A stretch of 40,583 bases of DNA, taken from positions 1-40,583 of IMG/VR virus record IMGVR_UViG_3300043610_000045, one strand, 5' to 3'. Every line of letters starts with the position of its first letter. Within the stretch, counting starts at the first letter, position 1. The notes under the pieces were generated by a model that was given only the letters and a program-made list of their open reading frames with translations, had not been told where the DNA came from and made no database searches. The translations under genes and the position numbers were made by a program. The stretch is from a virus (Duplodnaviria > Caudoviricetes). This document shows positions 28,403-36,391 of the stretch, one piece after another.

Positions 28403-29685
28403 CTACCCTCCACAAGCTCACCGCGGCCAAGGTCGCGGCCCTGATCAAGGGCGGCACCCAGGGCCGCCACGGCGACGGCGGCGGGCTGTATCTGCAGATC
28501 GATGGCGGCAGCGCGGCCTGGGTGTTCCGCTACATCCGCCACGGCCGCGAGCGGCAGGCTGGGCTCGGCCCTGCCCGCGATGTCACTCTGGCGGAGGCGC
28601 GCGACAAGGCGACGGCGCACCGCAAGACGCTCGCGCAGGACGATGATCCGCAGATGGCAAGCGTGCGCGCCAAGGCGCCGACGGTGACGTTCGCCGAGGC
28701 GACGGCGCAATTCCTCGTGCTCTATCGGCAAGGATTGCGGAACGAAAAGCATAAGGTGCAATGGGGCGGCACCATCGAGAAATATGCTTATCCCAAACTC
28801 GGCGCGTTGCCGGTCAAGGACATTACGTTTAACCATGTGCTCGCGGTGCTGGAACCGGTCTGGTTCAAGAAGCCGGATCTGGGAAGCCGCCTTCGTGGGC
28901 GGATCGAAAAAGTTTTAAGTTTCAGCAAGGTCAAGCAGTGGCGCAGCGGCGAAAACCCGGCGGCGTGGAAAGACAACTTGGAACATGCGCTGCCAGCGGT
29001 CGGCAAGATTCACACTGTGCGCCATCATCCGGCGATGGACCATCGCGAGTTGCCGGCCTTCATCGCCGAACTGCGGACGCGAAGCGGGGTGGCGGTACGC
29101 GCGCTGGAATTTTTGATTTTGAATGTGGCCAGAACGGCCGACGTGATCGGCGTGCCGCGCCGCGAGGACAAGCCGCCGCTCCGGTGGTGCGACGTCGACC
29201 TCGATGAACGCGTCTGGACTATTCCCCGGAGCAAGACCAGTTCTCTGCCGCATAAAAAACCATTGTCCGCGCGCAGTATGGAAATTCTTGCCGAGATGCG
29301 CCACTACCGGCTCGACGACACCATTATTTTTCCGTCGCTTGAGCGGCCGGGACAAGCGCTCTCCACCAGCGCGGTGCGCAATGCCCTCCGCCGGATGATG
29401 GAGCGCAGCGATCTGAGCGTCCACGGATTTCGCGCCACGTTCAAGACGTGGGCTGGCGAAGATTCACCATTTCCAATCGAGATAATCGAGTCGAGTTTGG
29501 CCCATGGCGTGATCTCGAACAAAGTCGAAGCCGCCTATCGGCGGGCGGATTTTTTCGAGAAACGGCGCAAGCTAATGGAGGCATGGTCAGAATTTGCCAG
29601 CAGCGGCGGTGAGCGCACCGGCGGCGTGGTCATCCCGATGCGCTCATCAGAATCTGAATCAACTCAGCGCGTTCGTCGTCGGTGA
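28399..29685 (+). CDS. int: Tyrosine integrase, P4-like
   Basis: Arm-binding DGGGLYL..WVFRY; catalytic R (NVART), K (PRSK), HGFR, LAH, AAY. Confidence 0.95.
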   Translation: MTTLHKLTAAKVAALIKGGTQGRHGDGGGLYLQIDGGSAAWVFRYIRHGRERQAGLGPARDVTLAEARDKATAHRKTLAQDDDPQMASVRAKAPTVTFAEATAQFLVLYRQGLRNEKHKVQWGGTIEKYAYPKLGALPVKDITFNHVLAVLEPVWFKKPDLGSRLRGRIEKVLSFSKVKQWRSGENPAAWKDNLEHALPAVGKIHTVRHHPAMDHRELPAFIAELRTRSGVAVRALEFLILNVARTADVIGVPRREDKPPLRWCDVDLDERVWTIPRSKTSSLPHKKPLSARSMEILAEMRHYRLDDTIIFPSLERPGQALSTSAVRNALRRMMERSDLSVHGFRATFKTWAGEDSPFPIEIIESSLAHGVISNKVEAAYRRADFFEKRRKLMEAWSEFASSGGERTGGVVIPMRSSESESTQRVRRR

Positions 29686-30226
29686 GTTTTGGAAGAAGCT
29701 TCTTGATGCGTTCAAGCGGTGTCGGTGGCCTAAAGCCGGCAGCGATTGCAGCGGCGCGAGCGGATTTGAACTCACCGCGAGCAAGAGCCTCGGCGATCTC
29801 AGGGAAATCGCGCTTCAGGCGGCGGACAATGCGCTCGGCGGAATCGCTGCTGAATGTTGATAAGCTCTGGCTATTAGCCACAGCTTTCTTGCCACGTCCT
29901 CCCATTGCACCAGCTTGCGCATGGCTGGCGGCTGGCGTGACGGTTGGATCGGCGGCGAGGTCTTGGGCCAGGCGGCGCTGAAGCTCCTTATGGGCAACAC
30001 CCACCTCGGCTCGCAGATAGGCATCCAGTGTTTTGAAACCGCAGACTTCCCAGTGCTTGTACTGCTTGATGAGCCGAAGCTCTTGTTCGATATGCTGGGC
30101 GTCAAAGGTCTTGCTTTCGAGGAATCGCTTTAGTGACCGCATGGTCTGAATTGCGTATTCGCGTGAGCGCGGATCACGTAATGAGCGTGGGCCAGCGATT
30201 CCAGATTCAGTCGGAGCGGAATTCAT
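29630..30226 (-). CDS. Hypothetical DNA-binding protein
   Basis: HWEVCGFKTLDAY and RRLKRDFPEIAEALARGEFKSARAAAIAAGF helical motifs; overlaps helicase 3' end. Confidence 0.65.
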   Translation of the reverse strand: MNSAPTESGIAGPRSLRDPRSREYAIQTMRSLKRFLESKTFDAQHIEQELRLIKQYKHWEVCGFKTLDAYLRAEVGVAHKELQRRLAQDLAADPTVTPAASHAQAGAMGGRGKKAVANSQSLSTFSSDSAERIVRRLKRDFPEIAEALARGEFKSARAAAIAAGFRPPTPLERIKKLLPKLTDDERAELIQILMSASG

Positions 30227-32111
30227 CGTCGCTGAGGTTACCCATGATTTGCTTTATGCGTAGGAGCGTGGCGGCATTCTTTATTTGACGGAGCGTTTCG
30301 ACTTCTCTCGGAACTTCAGCCAAGCGATAGACTTTGCCAAAAATTTTGGTGATGACTTTCGCATATACAGCTTGATCATAAATGCCTCCGGTTCGGATTT
30401 TCATCAACCGACGCGTTTTGTCCTCCGCGAGGTCGACAATATCTTTGTAAAGAACTTCCAGCTTACGTTCGATCGACCACTGTCCCCGCTGTGGACTACC
30501 TGTTGCCGGTTGGCCGGATCGCTCTAACGCCTTGGCGATTTCAGCCTTGGTGCAGACCCCGCTGAGTTGTGGTAATTGTTCAAACAGTGCCGTGGCGGCA
30601 TCGTAATACGGCATTCCCCCGACATTGCCGCGCGAATCATCGAATCCACTGACATTGCCTGGACCGAATGGCAGATCGGGATGATCGGGCTCATCTTCCT
30701 TTGGCTTCAAATATGTTTCTACGAACTTTTCAGCGGCCCATCCTGACATTTCCGAAAGTTTGGCCTCACCACCTTCCTCGACAATCAACTTTTCCCAGAC
30801 CGCTGTACAGAAGCGGTCTTCAGGCATGACCAGATGCGCAATTTTCAACCCTCCTTCCGGTGTTGCGGGTCGCATCCACGCTTGAATCATTGCCGCCACT
30901 GATCGAATCGGAGAGAAATAACCCAGAACTTTGATGCGCCAATCGTCAAGGCCAACCGTGCCGACTTGCTTGACTATGACAAAGTCGTAATCACCTTCCA
31001 GAAAATCATCCATCGACTGTGCTGCCGATTCGTCTTCCAGGGTCTTCAGGGTAACAATCTTGACCTTGATGGATCGTCCGAGGATGGTTGGAGCAAGTTC
31101 AATCATTATTCTTTTGATTGTTTCGGCATGGGCATTATCGCGGCGATCATTCGGCTGATCGTTGCCGGTCATAACCATGCCTTTGGTGCGCGGATCGATG
31201 GTTTGAACCAGTTTTAGCTTGCCCAGTAGGATTCGAATCGCAGGCTCGAGAAACCGTTCATCGCGAACGACCTTGCCTATATGCCTAAGAGTCTCCTTAG
31301 GGCTCAAATTCCGCAACTGCGTATCATCAATAGGGAGACCCACAATTTCCCGGTCGAGTTTACAAAGGACAGTCGGGACTTCATCCCAAGCTTCCCGAAA
31401 TGTCGTAATGTCGTCAGGCTCTAGGACTGATAATGTTTGTATGCCATCCCAAACATCAATACGGTTGTGAATACCATCTCCGGCATCATATGCGAGATAG
31501 CGTCGCTGGTCATTTGTATCAACGACTGTAGAGCGAAACCCCGATATTGCATCGGCATCCTCCCGATATGGAGTCGCCGTCAATAGAACCAGCAATACAC
31601 CTTTGTCCTGAACACGCCGAAAGAAATCAGCCCATCGTTTTTTCTCGGCAATCATCTGGCATTCGTCAATGTAGAACACCATTGGCTGGCCAGTGCGGTG
31701 ATGCTCGGCATCGATTAATTCCAAACAATCGTCGATATTAGTACGCAGACAAAGCTGCTGGTTGACAGCGAGTAAGAATTCGCCATTGGAAAATGGCTGA
31801 TATTCATTAAATGATTTAAGCTGACGGATGCCGTTAAGAATATCCTCGCCGGACATTTCATAGCGCCGTATTGTTTCTTTCAATTTGCTTTCCTTGAAGA
31901 ACTGGCGGGTTGCTTGTGATGCTGGGCTGAACACCAAGCCGCCGCTCACGATGCTATCTTCAACGGCTTGAAGACAACTTGTAATAATAAGGTCGCGTTT
32001 GCCATAACGTGTTGGCTTTACGATGCTGGTCGTCGGCTCGCCAGCGCGCAATCGTTTCAGGATCACGTCAAAAGCGCGCTTGTTGCCGGGCCGCATGTTG
32101 CCCAGTTTCAT
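30207..32111 (-). CDS. SF2 (ResIII/DEAD-like) helicase/ATPase with variant motifs
   Basis: PTRYGKR (motif I), IDECQ (II), LTATP (III), VGTVGLD (V), QAWMR (VI); lower GC. Confidence 0.8.
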   Translation of the reverse strand: MKLGNMRPGNKRAFDVILKRLRAGEPTTSIVKPTRYGKRDLIITSCLQAVEDSIVSGGLVFSPASQATRQFFKESKLKETIRRYEMSGEDILNGIRQLKSFNEYQPFSNGEFLLAVNQQLCLRTNIDDCLELIDAEHHRTGQPMVFYIDECQMIAEKKRWADFFRRVQDKGVLLVLLTATPYREDADAISGFRSTVVDTNDQRRYLAYDAGDGIHNRIDVWDGIQTLSVLEPDDITTFREAWDEVPTVLCKLDREIVGLPIDDTQLRNLSPKETLRHIGKVVRDERFLEPAIRILLGKLKLVQTIDPRTKGMVMTGNDQPNDRRDNAHAETIKRIMIELAPTILGRSIKVKIVTLKTLEDESAAQSMDDFLEGDYDFVIVKQVGTVGLDDWRIKVLGYFSPIRSVAAMIQAWMRPATPEGGLKIAHLVMPEDRFCTAVWEKLIVEEGGEAKLSEMSGWAAEKFVETYLKPKEDEPDHPDLPFGPGNVSGFDDSRGNVGGMPYYDAATALFEQLPQLSGVCTKAEIAKALERSGQPATGSPQRGQWSIERKLEVLYKDIVDLAEDKTRRLMKIRTGGIYDQAVYAKVITKIFGKVYRLAEVPREVETLRQIKNAATLLRIKQIMGNLSDDEFRSD

Positions 32112-32305
32112 CCCTTGCTCCTATTGCACCACCAATGAGCTGCTTGCAGTTCGTGAAAGTTCGTTCGGCCAGTGTCCCTGTATGGCTCAATATGGTCGAC
32201 TTCCATGTCGTGCGGATTGAGTGCTTCTTTACAAATACAACAAACACCCTTTGCGGCGCGCCATAACGCCATACGTCGGCGCTCCGAACGCAGTGTTCGT
32301 TTCAC
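32108..32305 (-). CDS. Small HNH endonuclease
   Basis: CCIC..EVDHIEP..G.TN..LQAAH..CN..KG; GTG start at 32305; ATGA-coupled to helicase. Confidence 0.85.
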   Translation of the reverse strand: MKRTLRSERRRMALWRAAKGVCCICKEALNPHDMEVDHIEPYRDTGRTNFHELQAAHWWCNRSKG

Positions 32306-32427
32306 TTCTCTCCGCTCGCGCGCCGCGGCGGGCGCCACGGCCATCTGCCGACGTAGCCCCGGTACGCGAGCACGAACAGCGCCACGCCGATGCCGAGTTC
32401 AACGACGGTGTTCATCTCTCGGGTCAT
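32302..32427 (-). CDS. Small TM protein (41 aa)
   Basis: MTREMNTVVELGIGVALFVLAYRGY..; 4-nt overlaps at both ends; not in ORF track. Confidence 0.5.
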   Translation of the reverse strand: MTREMNTVVELGIGVALFVLAYRGYVGRWPWRPPRRASGEK

Positions 32428-32624
32428 GGCTTGGGCTCCAGGGCGGCGCGCACGAACCTGTTAAAGTCTTTGATCATCAATGGTTCAAGCACAACGTAAT
32501 GGTCGCCATTCTCGCGCGGCGCTCTCAACGTGAAAGCAAAGCCGTTGAAGCTCACGTAGAGGCCATCCCCCAAATAAATCTCTCTATCCATGGCGCTTGT
32601 TTCTTCGCTGGTTGCTTCGGTCAT
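32424..32624 (-). CDS. Hypothetical protein
   Basis: IYLGDGLYVSF motif; AGGAG RBS before ATG 32624. Confidence 0.65.
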   Translation of the reverse strand: MTEATSEETSAMDREIYLGDGLYVSFNGFAFTLRAPRENGDHYVVLEPLMIKDFNRFVRAALEPKP

Positions 32625-32635
32625 GGCTTCGGCTC

Positions 32636-32743
32636 CTATCGCATTGGCACCTGACAGCCGGTCATCACCACCAGCAGCACGACCGCGAGCGCCAGGGTAA
32701 GGCCGAGCATTAGCGTCCACGTCTCGATCAAATGCGGATTCAC
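32636..32743 (-). CDS. Micro-lipoprotein (35 aa)
   Basis: MNPHLIETWTLMLGLTLALAVVLLVVMTG-CQVPMR; GTGA overlap with xis; lipobox-like. Confidence 0.5.
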   Translation of the reverse strand: MNPHLIETWTLMLGLTLALAVVLLVVMTGCQVPMR

Positions 32744-32940
32744 TTGCGCGGCAACTCGTTGATCAGCCGCCGCAGCGAGGCTTCAGTCACGCGCGTGCTG
32801 TGGCCAAGTTTGACCATGTCGATTTTGCCGGCGCGGTGGAGCTGGTAAATTTTCTTCTTCCCGCAGTTCAAATATTCCATCGCCTGCAGGATCGAGAGCA
32901 GGCCGCCATCCGTGTCAGTCATGGTGTCCATCGTTTTCAT
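32740..32940 (-). CDS. xis: Excisionase / recombination directionality factor (HTH_17-like)
   Basis: LLSILQAMEYLNCGKKKIYQL..GKI..VKLG..TRV; true start may be 32922. Confidence 0.75.
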   Translation of the reverse strand: MKTMDTMTDTDGGLLSILQAMEYLNCGKKKIYQLHRAGKIDMVKLGHSTRVTEASLRRLINELPRK

Positions 32941-33105
32941 TCTCTCGTTCGGCTTCTCTTATCTGTCGGACTCGGCTTTTGATGGCTTCGCGCAACAGCA
33001 GTCGGACATATAGCTGCGATGCTTTCTCGAGTGCACGGCGTTCCCGTTCCAGGAATTCTGGCGGCAGCTCGAGGGAGTTGCGATCCCGTCGCGTGGGGCG
33101 ATCTC

Positions 33106-33420
33106 CTATTTGCCTGCGATCTTGCCCATGATCTTCTCGAGCTCGGCCATCTTGCGGTGCTCGGCCGCCATGAGATTGGTGGCGTATTCCTTGACCATCT
33201 CCTGCAGGCGCTCGGCAAAGGCCACGCTGATCTCGTCGAGGAATTGCCCGTGATCGCGGGCATACCTGCCGACATCGCGGCAGAGTTGGGCCGCGGCTTC
33301 CACTCGCGCCACGACATCGTCGGCCGCAACGCTATCCGGCACCGGCATCATCGCTGTTTTCGTGCCGGTGATTGCAGCCTCCAACTTCTCCAGCCGCTGG
33401 GCGTCGCCGTTGCTCGACAT
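33106..33420 (-). CDS. Hypothetical protein
   Basis: AGGAG RBS; helical 104 aa. Confidence 0.6.
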   Translation of the reverse strand: MSSNGDAQRLEKLEAAITGTKTAMMPVPDSVAADDVVARVEAAAQLCRDVGRYARDHGQFLDEISVAFAERLQEMVKEYATNLMAAEHRKMAELEKIMGKIAGK

Positions 33421-33562
33421 GCTCTGGTCTCCTTTGCTGTACCTCGTTCAACCGTTGTTCGACCCGCTTTAGTCCTGCTTCGATGTGGCTCAGTTCGGTA
33501 TTCACGTGTACGGCGAATGCGATGAACCGCAGCCACAGTTCGTCCAGCGCATCCTGGTTCAT
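33332..33562 (-). CDS. Hypothetical coiled-coil protein
   Basis: ATGA-coupled to recombinase. Confidence 0.5.
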   Translation of the reverse strand: MNQDALDELWLRFIAFAVHVNTELSHIEAGLKRVEQRLNEVQQRRPEHVEQRRRPAAGEVGGCNHRHENSDDAGAG

Positions 33563-34347
33563 CTGGGCTGGGCGCCAGGAGGGAGATCGTCCGGCATGTT
33601 GCCATCTAGTATTGCGCGCAGTTCGGTGCCCATCGCGTTGATGCGCACCTGCTCTGGCTCGGTCCGGTTGCGGTAGAATTCGCGAAAGACGGCCTCGCCG
33701 CGCATGGCGGCCTCCTTCGCTAATGCCTCGATAAGAAGTGCCGCCCCGACTTCGCGCGGCGAACCGGAGGACGGGGCGGCATCTGCGGCGTCGGAGACGG
33801 GTGTCTGTTCCACGCCGGCAGATTCAGTGATCTCTCCTGTTTGTGGATTGTGCGGCGGCAGTTGCTTCGCGCCTGGGATTGTCTCGACCTCGGTTTCATC
33901 CAGCCAGCCGAGGCCGCAGATGCTCAATGTGGCTCGGCGCTTGGCCTTCGTGATGGCCTTGAGTTCGGCATTGGCGCGCGCTTCGCCTTTTAGCAAAGAT
34001 GGGTATGCCACCGAACCCAGGTCCTCGTCCGAGCGACCGTCCGGTGTGTGTGCCCTGACATGAATTGTCAGAATATCATCGGTGACGCGACGTGAAACAA
34101 TCTCCACCGACACGTTATTGATCTTGCGGAGTTGGTCGGTACATGTGCGCGTCGCGTACAGCGTAAGTTTTCCGTTCAAGGTGATGTAAGATAGCGGCTG
34201 GGTCAGCGGATTGATCCCCAGCGATTTACAGACTGCGGTGTAATATCTCACGCGCTCGTCGGACGTCAGCTTTGCAAGGTCACCCTTGGCGATAACGGAT
34301 TCCAATACATCGCCCTCGGGCGCGGATGTCGTTGCTGGGATGTTCAT
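33559..34347 (-). CDS. Single-strand annealing recombinase (RecT/Red-beta-like)
   Basis: C..LGINPLTQP..YI, ANA..KA.TKAKRRA.L..CGLG..DE.E motifs. Confidence 0.65.
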   Translation of the reverse strand: MNIPATTSAPEGDVLESVIAKGDLAKLTSDERVRYYTAVCKSLGINPLTQPLSYITLNGKLTLYATRTCTDQLRKINNVSVEIVSRRVTDDILTIHVRAHTPDGRSDEDLGSVAYPSLLKGEARANAELKAITKAKRRATLSICGLGWLDETEVETIPGAKQLPPHNPQTGEITESAGVEQTPVSDAADAAPSSGSPREVGAALLIEALAKEAAMRGEAVFREFYRNRTEPEQVRINAMGTELRAILDGNMPDDLPPGAQPR

Positions 34348-34571
34348 TGGTTCGTGTCTCCGTATATTTTATCGAACTCGTTATCGCTGATCGTGCTGCG
34401 TTGTTCCTTGCGTTCAAGGACAGCCATTTTCCGATCGAGCAGGTTGTTCCAGTATCTTTGATCGACCACCGTTGGCATTAGCCATTGCGCCATCAGTTTC
34501 CGCCAAAGTTGGTCAGCCTCATCCCATCGGTATTGGCGCGTGGCGTCGGCCCATTGCCTCTCAATCGTCAT
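34344..34571 (-). CDS. Hypothetical protein
   Basis: Coupled ORF in leftward operon. Confidence 0.55.
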   Translation of the reverse strand: MTIERQWADATRQYRWDEADQLWRKLMAQWLMPTVVDQRYWNNLLDRKMAVLERKEQRSTISDNEFDKIYGDTNQ

Positions 34572-34767
34572 TGGCTTGCCGGATCATTTCGCGCTGGAAG
34601 ATTTTGAGGGCCTCACCGCGGGAGGCCAGGTCTTGGCGGCTTAACCGGCCGACAAGGTCGCCGATCAGGGATGCCATGATGAAGCAGGCGTCGGGCGGAC
34701 TGATCGACTGGCTGCTGAACCAGTTGACCAAGGCATCCTGCGCACCCAGGCGTTCGCGCTTATCCAT
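34561..34767 (-). CDS. Hypothetical protein
   Basis: ATG 34767 (MDKRERLG..) overlapping upstream stop. Confidence 0.55.
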   Translation of the reverse strand: MDKRERLGAQDALVNWFSSQSISPPDACFIMASLIGDLVGRLSRQDLASRGEALKIFQREMIRQANDD

Positions 34768-35509
34768 TGTTTTGTTTCCGCCATTCGTCGGAGAAGTTTT
34801 CCAGCCAGGTGCAGGCCTTCTCGAGTCTGCCGTCGAGTCCGATGTTGGGGATCTTGAGCATGGCGGCGGCGACGTCGGGCGGGGGTGGCAGATCCAGCAG
34901 GAGGTCGAGACCGTCGCGCAGGTGGCGCCAGAGTTTGGCGCGCTCGCGCAGGGTGGAGATGTGGGGTGCGACCGCGGGCAGGCCGTCGGGCCGCGGCTTG
35001 GGTTTCGGGCCGGGTGGCATTGGGGAACGGGCGCGGACCTTCGCTTGCAGCACACTAATCGAGGTACGGCCCTCGCTGACATCCTTGATCTCGCGCTGCG
35101 TTGCTGATGCCAGGATGCGGCGGGCGCCGGCCAGCATGCTTGGCGGCACGCGCAGGTCGGCGATGAGGTCGAAGCGCGTTGTGAGATCCTCGATGAGGGT
35201 CATGGCCTTGGCGGCGATCATGGCGCGCTGGCTCATGGGCAGCGACCAGCAGCGCGGCAGGTTCTGCTTGATCAGGAAGCCGATCGGGTCGTTGCCTTCA
35301 TAGTCGACGGTATTGCATTGCAGTTTGTGGGTTTCGGCGATGTGCAGGCGGGCGCGGCCGTCGAGCAGGGCACCTTCGAACAGGGTCACCGGCGGCACCT
35401 TGCCGTCGCGGCGCAGATCGCGCGCGAGCTTGGTGTAGGCCTTGCCCACCACTGGCGGGAACAATTCAGAAAAGCGGTGAATTCGCATGGGGATCGCGGT
35501 CCGCGCCAT
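34760..35509 (-). CDS. ParB/Srx N-terminal domain protein
   Basis: IHRFSELFP..LARDL..G..PV....LLDGRAR; QRAMIAA. Confidence 0.7.
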   Translation of the reverse strand: MARTAIPMRIHRFSELFPPVVGKAYTKLARDLRRDGKVPPVTLFEGALLDGRARLHIAETHKLQCNTVDYEGNDPIGFLIKQNLPRCWSLPMSQRAMIAAKAMTLIEDLTTRFDLIADLRVPPSMLAGARRILASATQREIKDVSEGRTSISVLQAKVRARSPMPPGPKPKPRPDGLPAVAPHISTLRERAKLWRHLRDGLDLLLDLPPPPDVAAAMLKIPNIGLDGRLEKACTWLENFSDEWRKQNNG

Positions 35510-35561
35510 CGTGGTTCGATGTGCCGTGGTGGTTCAGGTCGGGGCGAGGTGGAGCGCAGTC

Positions 35562-35589
35562 ACCCTACACGCCGACGAAAACCCGTCAA
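35562..35589 (-). promoter_or_regulatory. Leftward sigma70-type promoter
   Basis: Minus strand TTGACG-N16-TAGGGT upstream of the leftward operon. Confidence 0.5.
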
Positions 35590-35688
35590 GAAAAAATCTG
35601 CCGAAAGCTTACGAATAAAGCACCGCTAGATATAGCACTGCTTTAGTTCGCCCCGCATGAAACCATATGAACCTATATGGCCCCATTT

Positions 35689-35703
35689 GAACCTGTGGGG
35701 AAC
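35689..35703. promoter_or_regulatory. Alphaproteobacterial LexA (SOS) box
   Basis: Exact GAAC-N7-GAAC (GAACCTGTGGGGAAC) in the divergent control region. Confidence 0.55.
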
Positions 35704-35887
35704 TATCGCTGTGTTTGCAAAGGGGTGGATAGTCTTTCGAAGGCGGTTGCCGATGTAGATTTCCGCGCTAGAAGTCTTGTCACCGGCAAGAACACGGGCC
35801 ACTGTGTCGGCCTCGTGACGAAAGCAGGTTTTGCCGTCATCCGCTACGCGCATTCCCCGTGCGCGGCGCTGCGAAAGGTATTGCGCA

Positions 35888-36391
35888 ATGTCGCTTACCT
35901 ATTCCGACCAGCAACATAACGCTTTCCATACCCCCTGGTCCGCCGAACGCGACGAGGCGCTCAGGCAGTTATGGGCGCAGGGCTACAGCGCATCGCTGAT
36001 CGCCGACAAGCTGGCGAACGGCAAGAAGCTCACGCGCTGTGCGGTGATCGGCCGGGCGCATCGGCTGAAGCTGCCGGCGCGCAAAGGCAAGGAGCCGCTG
36101 GAACGCAAGCCTCGAGGTCGGCCTTACCGGCGGGCCAACGGCGTACCGAAGCCACCACGGCCGCGGCCACAACCAACACCGCCGCCTCGGCCACAGCCGC
36201 CGCCCCCTACGCCATCCTTGGAGCCGACCATGCGAAAGTTGCCGCTACTGCAGCTCGAGCCGCATCAGTGCCGGTGGCCGTTGGGTGAGCTCATGGAGGT
36301 GGCGCATCTGTTCTGCGCCGCCGATACGCGCGAGGGCGAGGTCTATTGCCCGCATCACATGTGGATGGCGCGACCGCGGGGCAAGCAGTGA
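35888..36391 (+). CDS. gcrA: GcrA cell-cycle regulator homologue
   Basis: W..ER...LRQLWAQGYSAS.IA..L...TRCAVIGRAHRL; LLQL...CRWPLG..FC..YCPHH. Confidence 0.9.
   Translation: MSLTYSDQQHNAFHTPWSAERDEALRQLWAQGYSASLIADKLANGKKLTRCAVIGRAHRLKLPARKGKEPLERKPRGRPYRRANGVPKPPRPRPQPTPPPRPQPPPPTPSLEPTMRKLPLLQLEPHQCRWPLGELMEVAHLFCAADTREGEVYCPHHMWMARPRGKQ

Noticed and set aside
35626-35919. ORFs 35626-35853 (-) and 35677-35919 (+) as CI/Cro
   Set aside because: No HTH pattern, weak starts, and they overlap promoter/operator-like sequence
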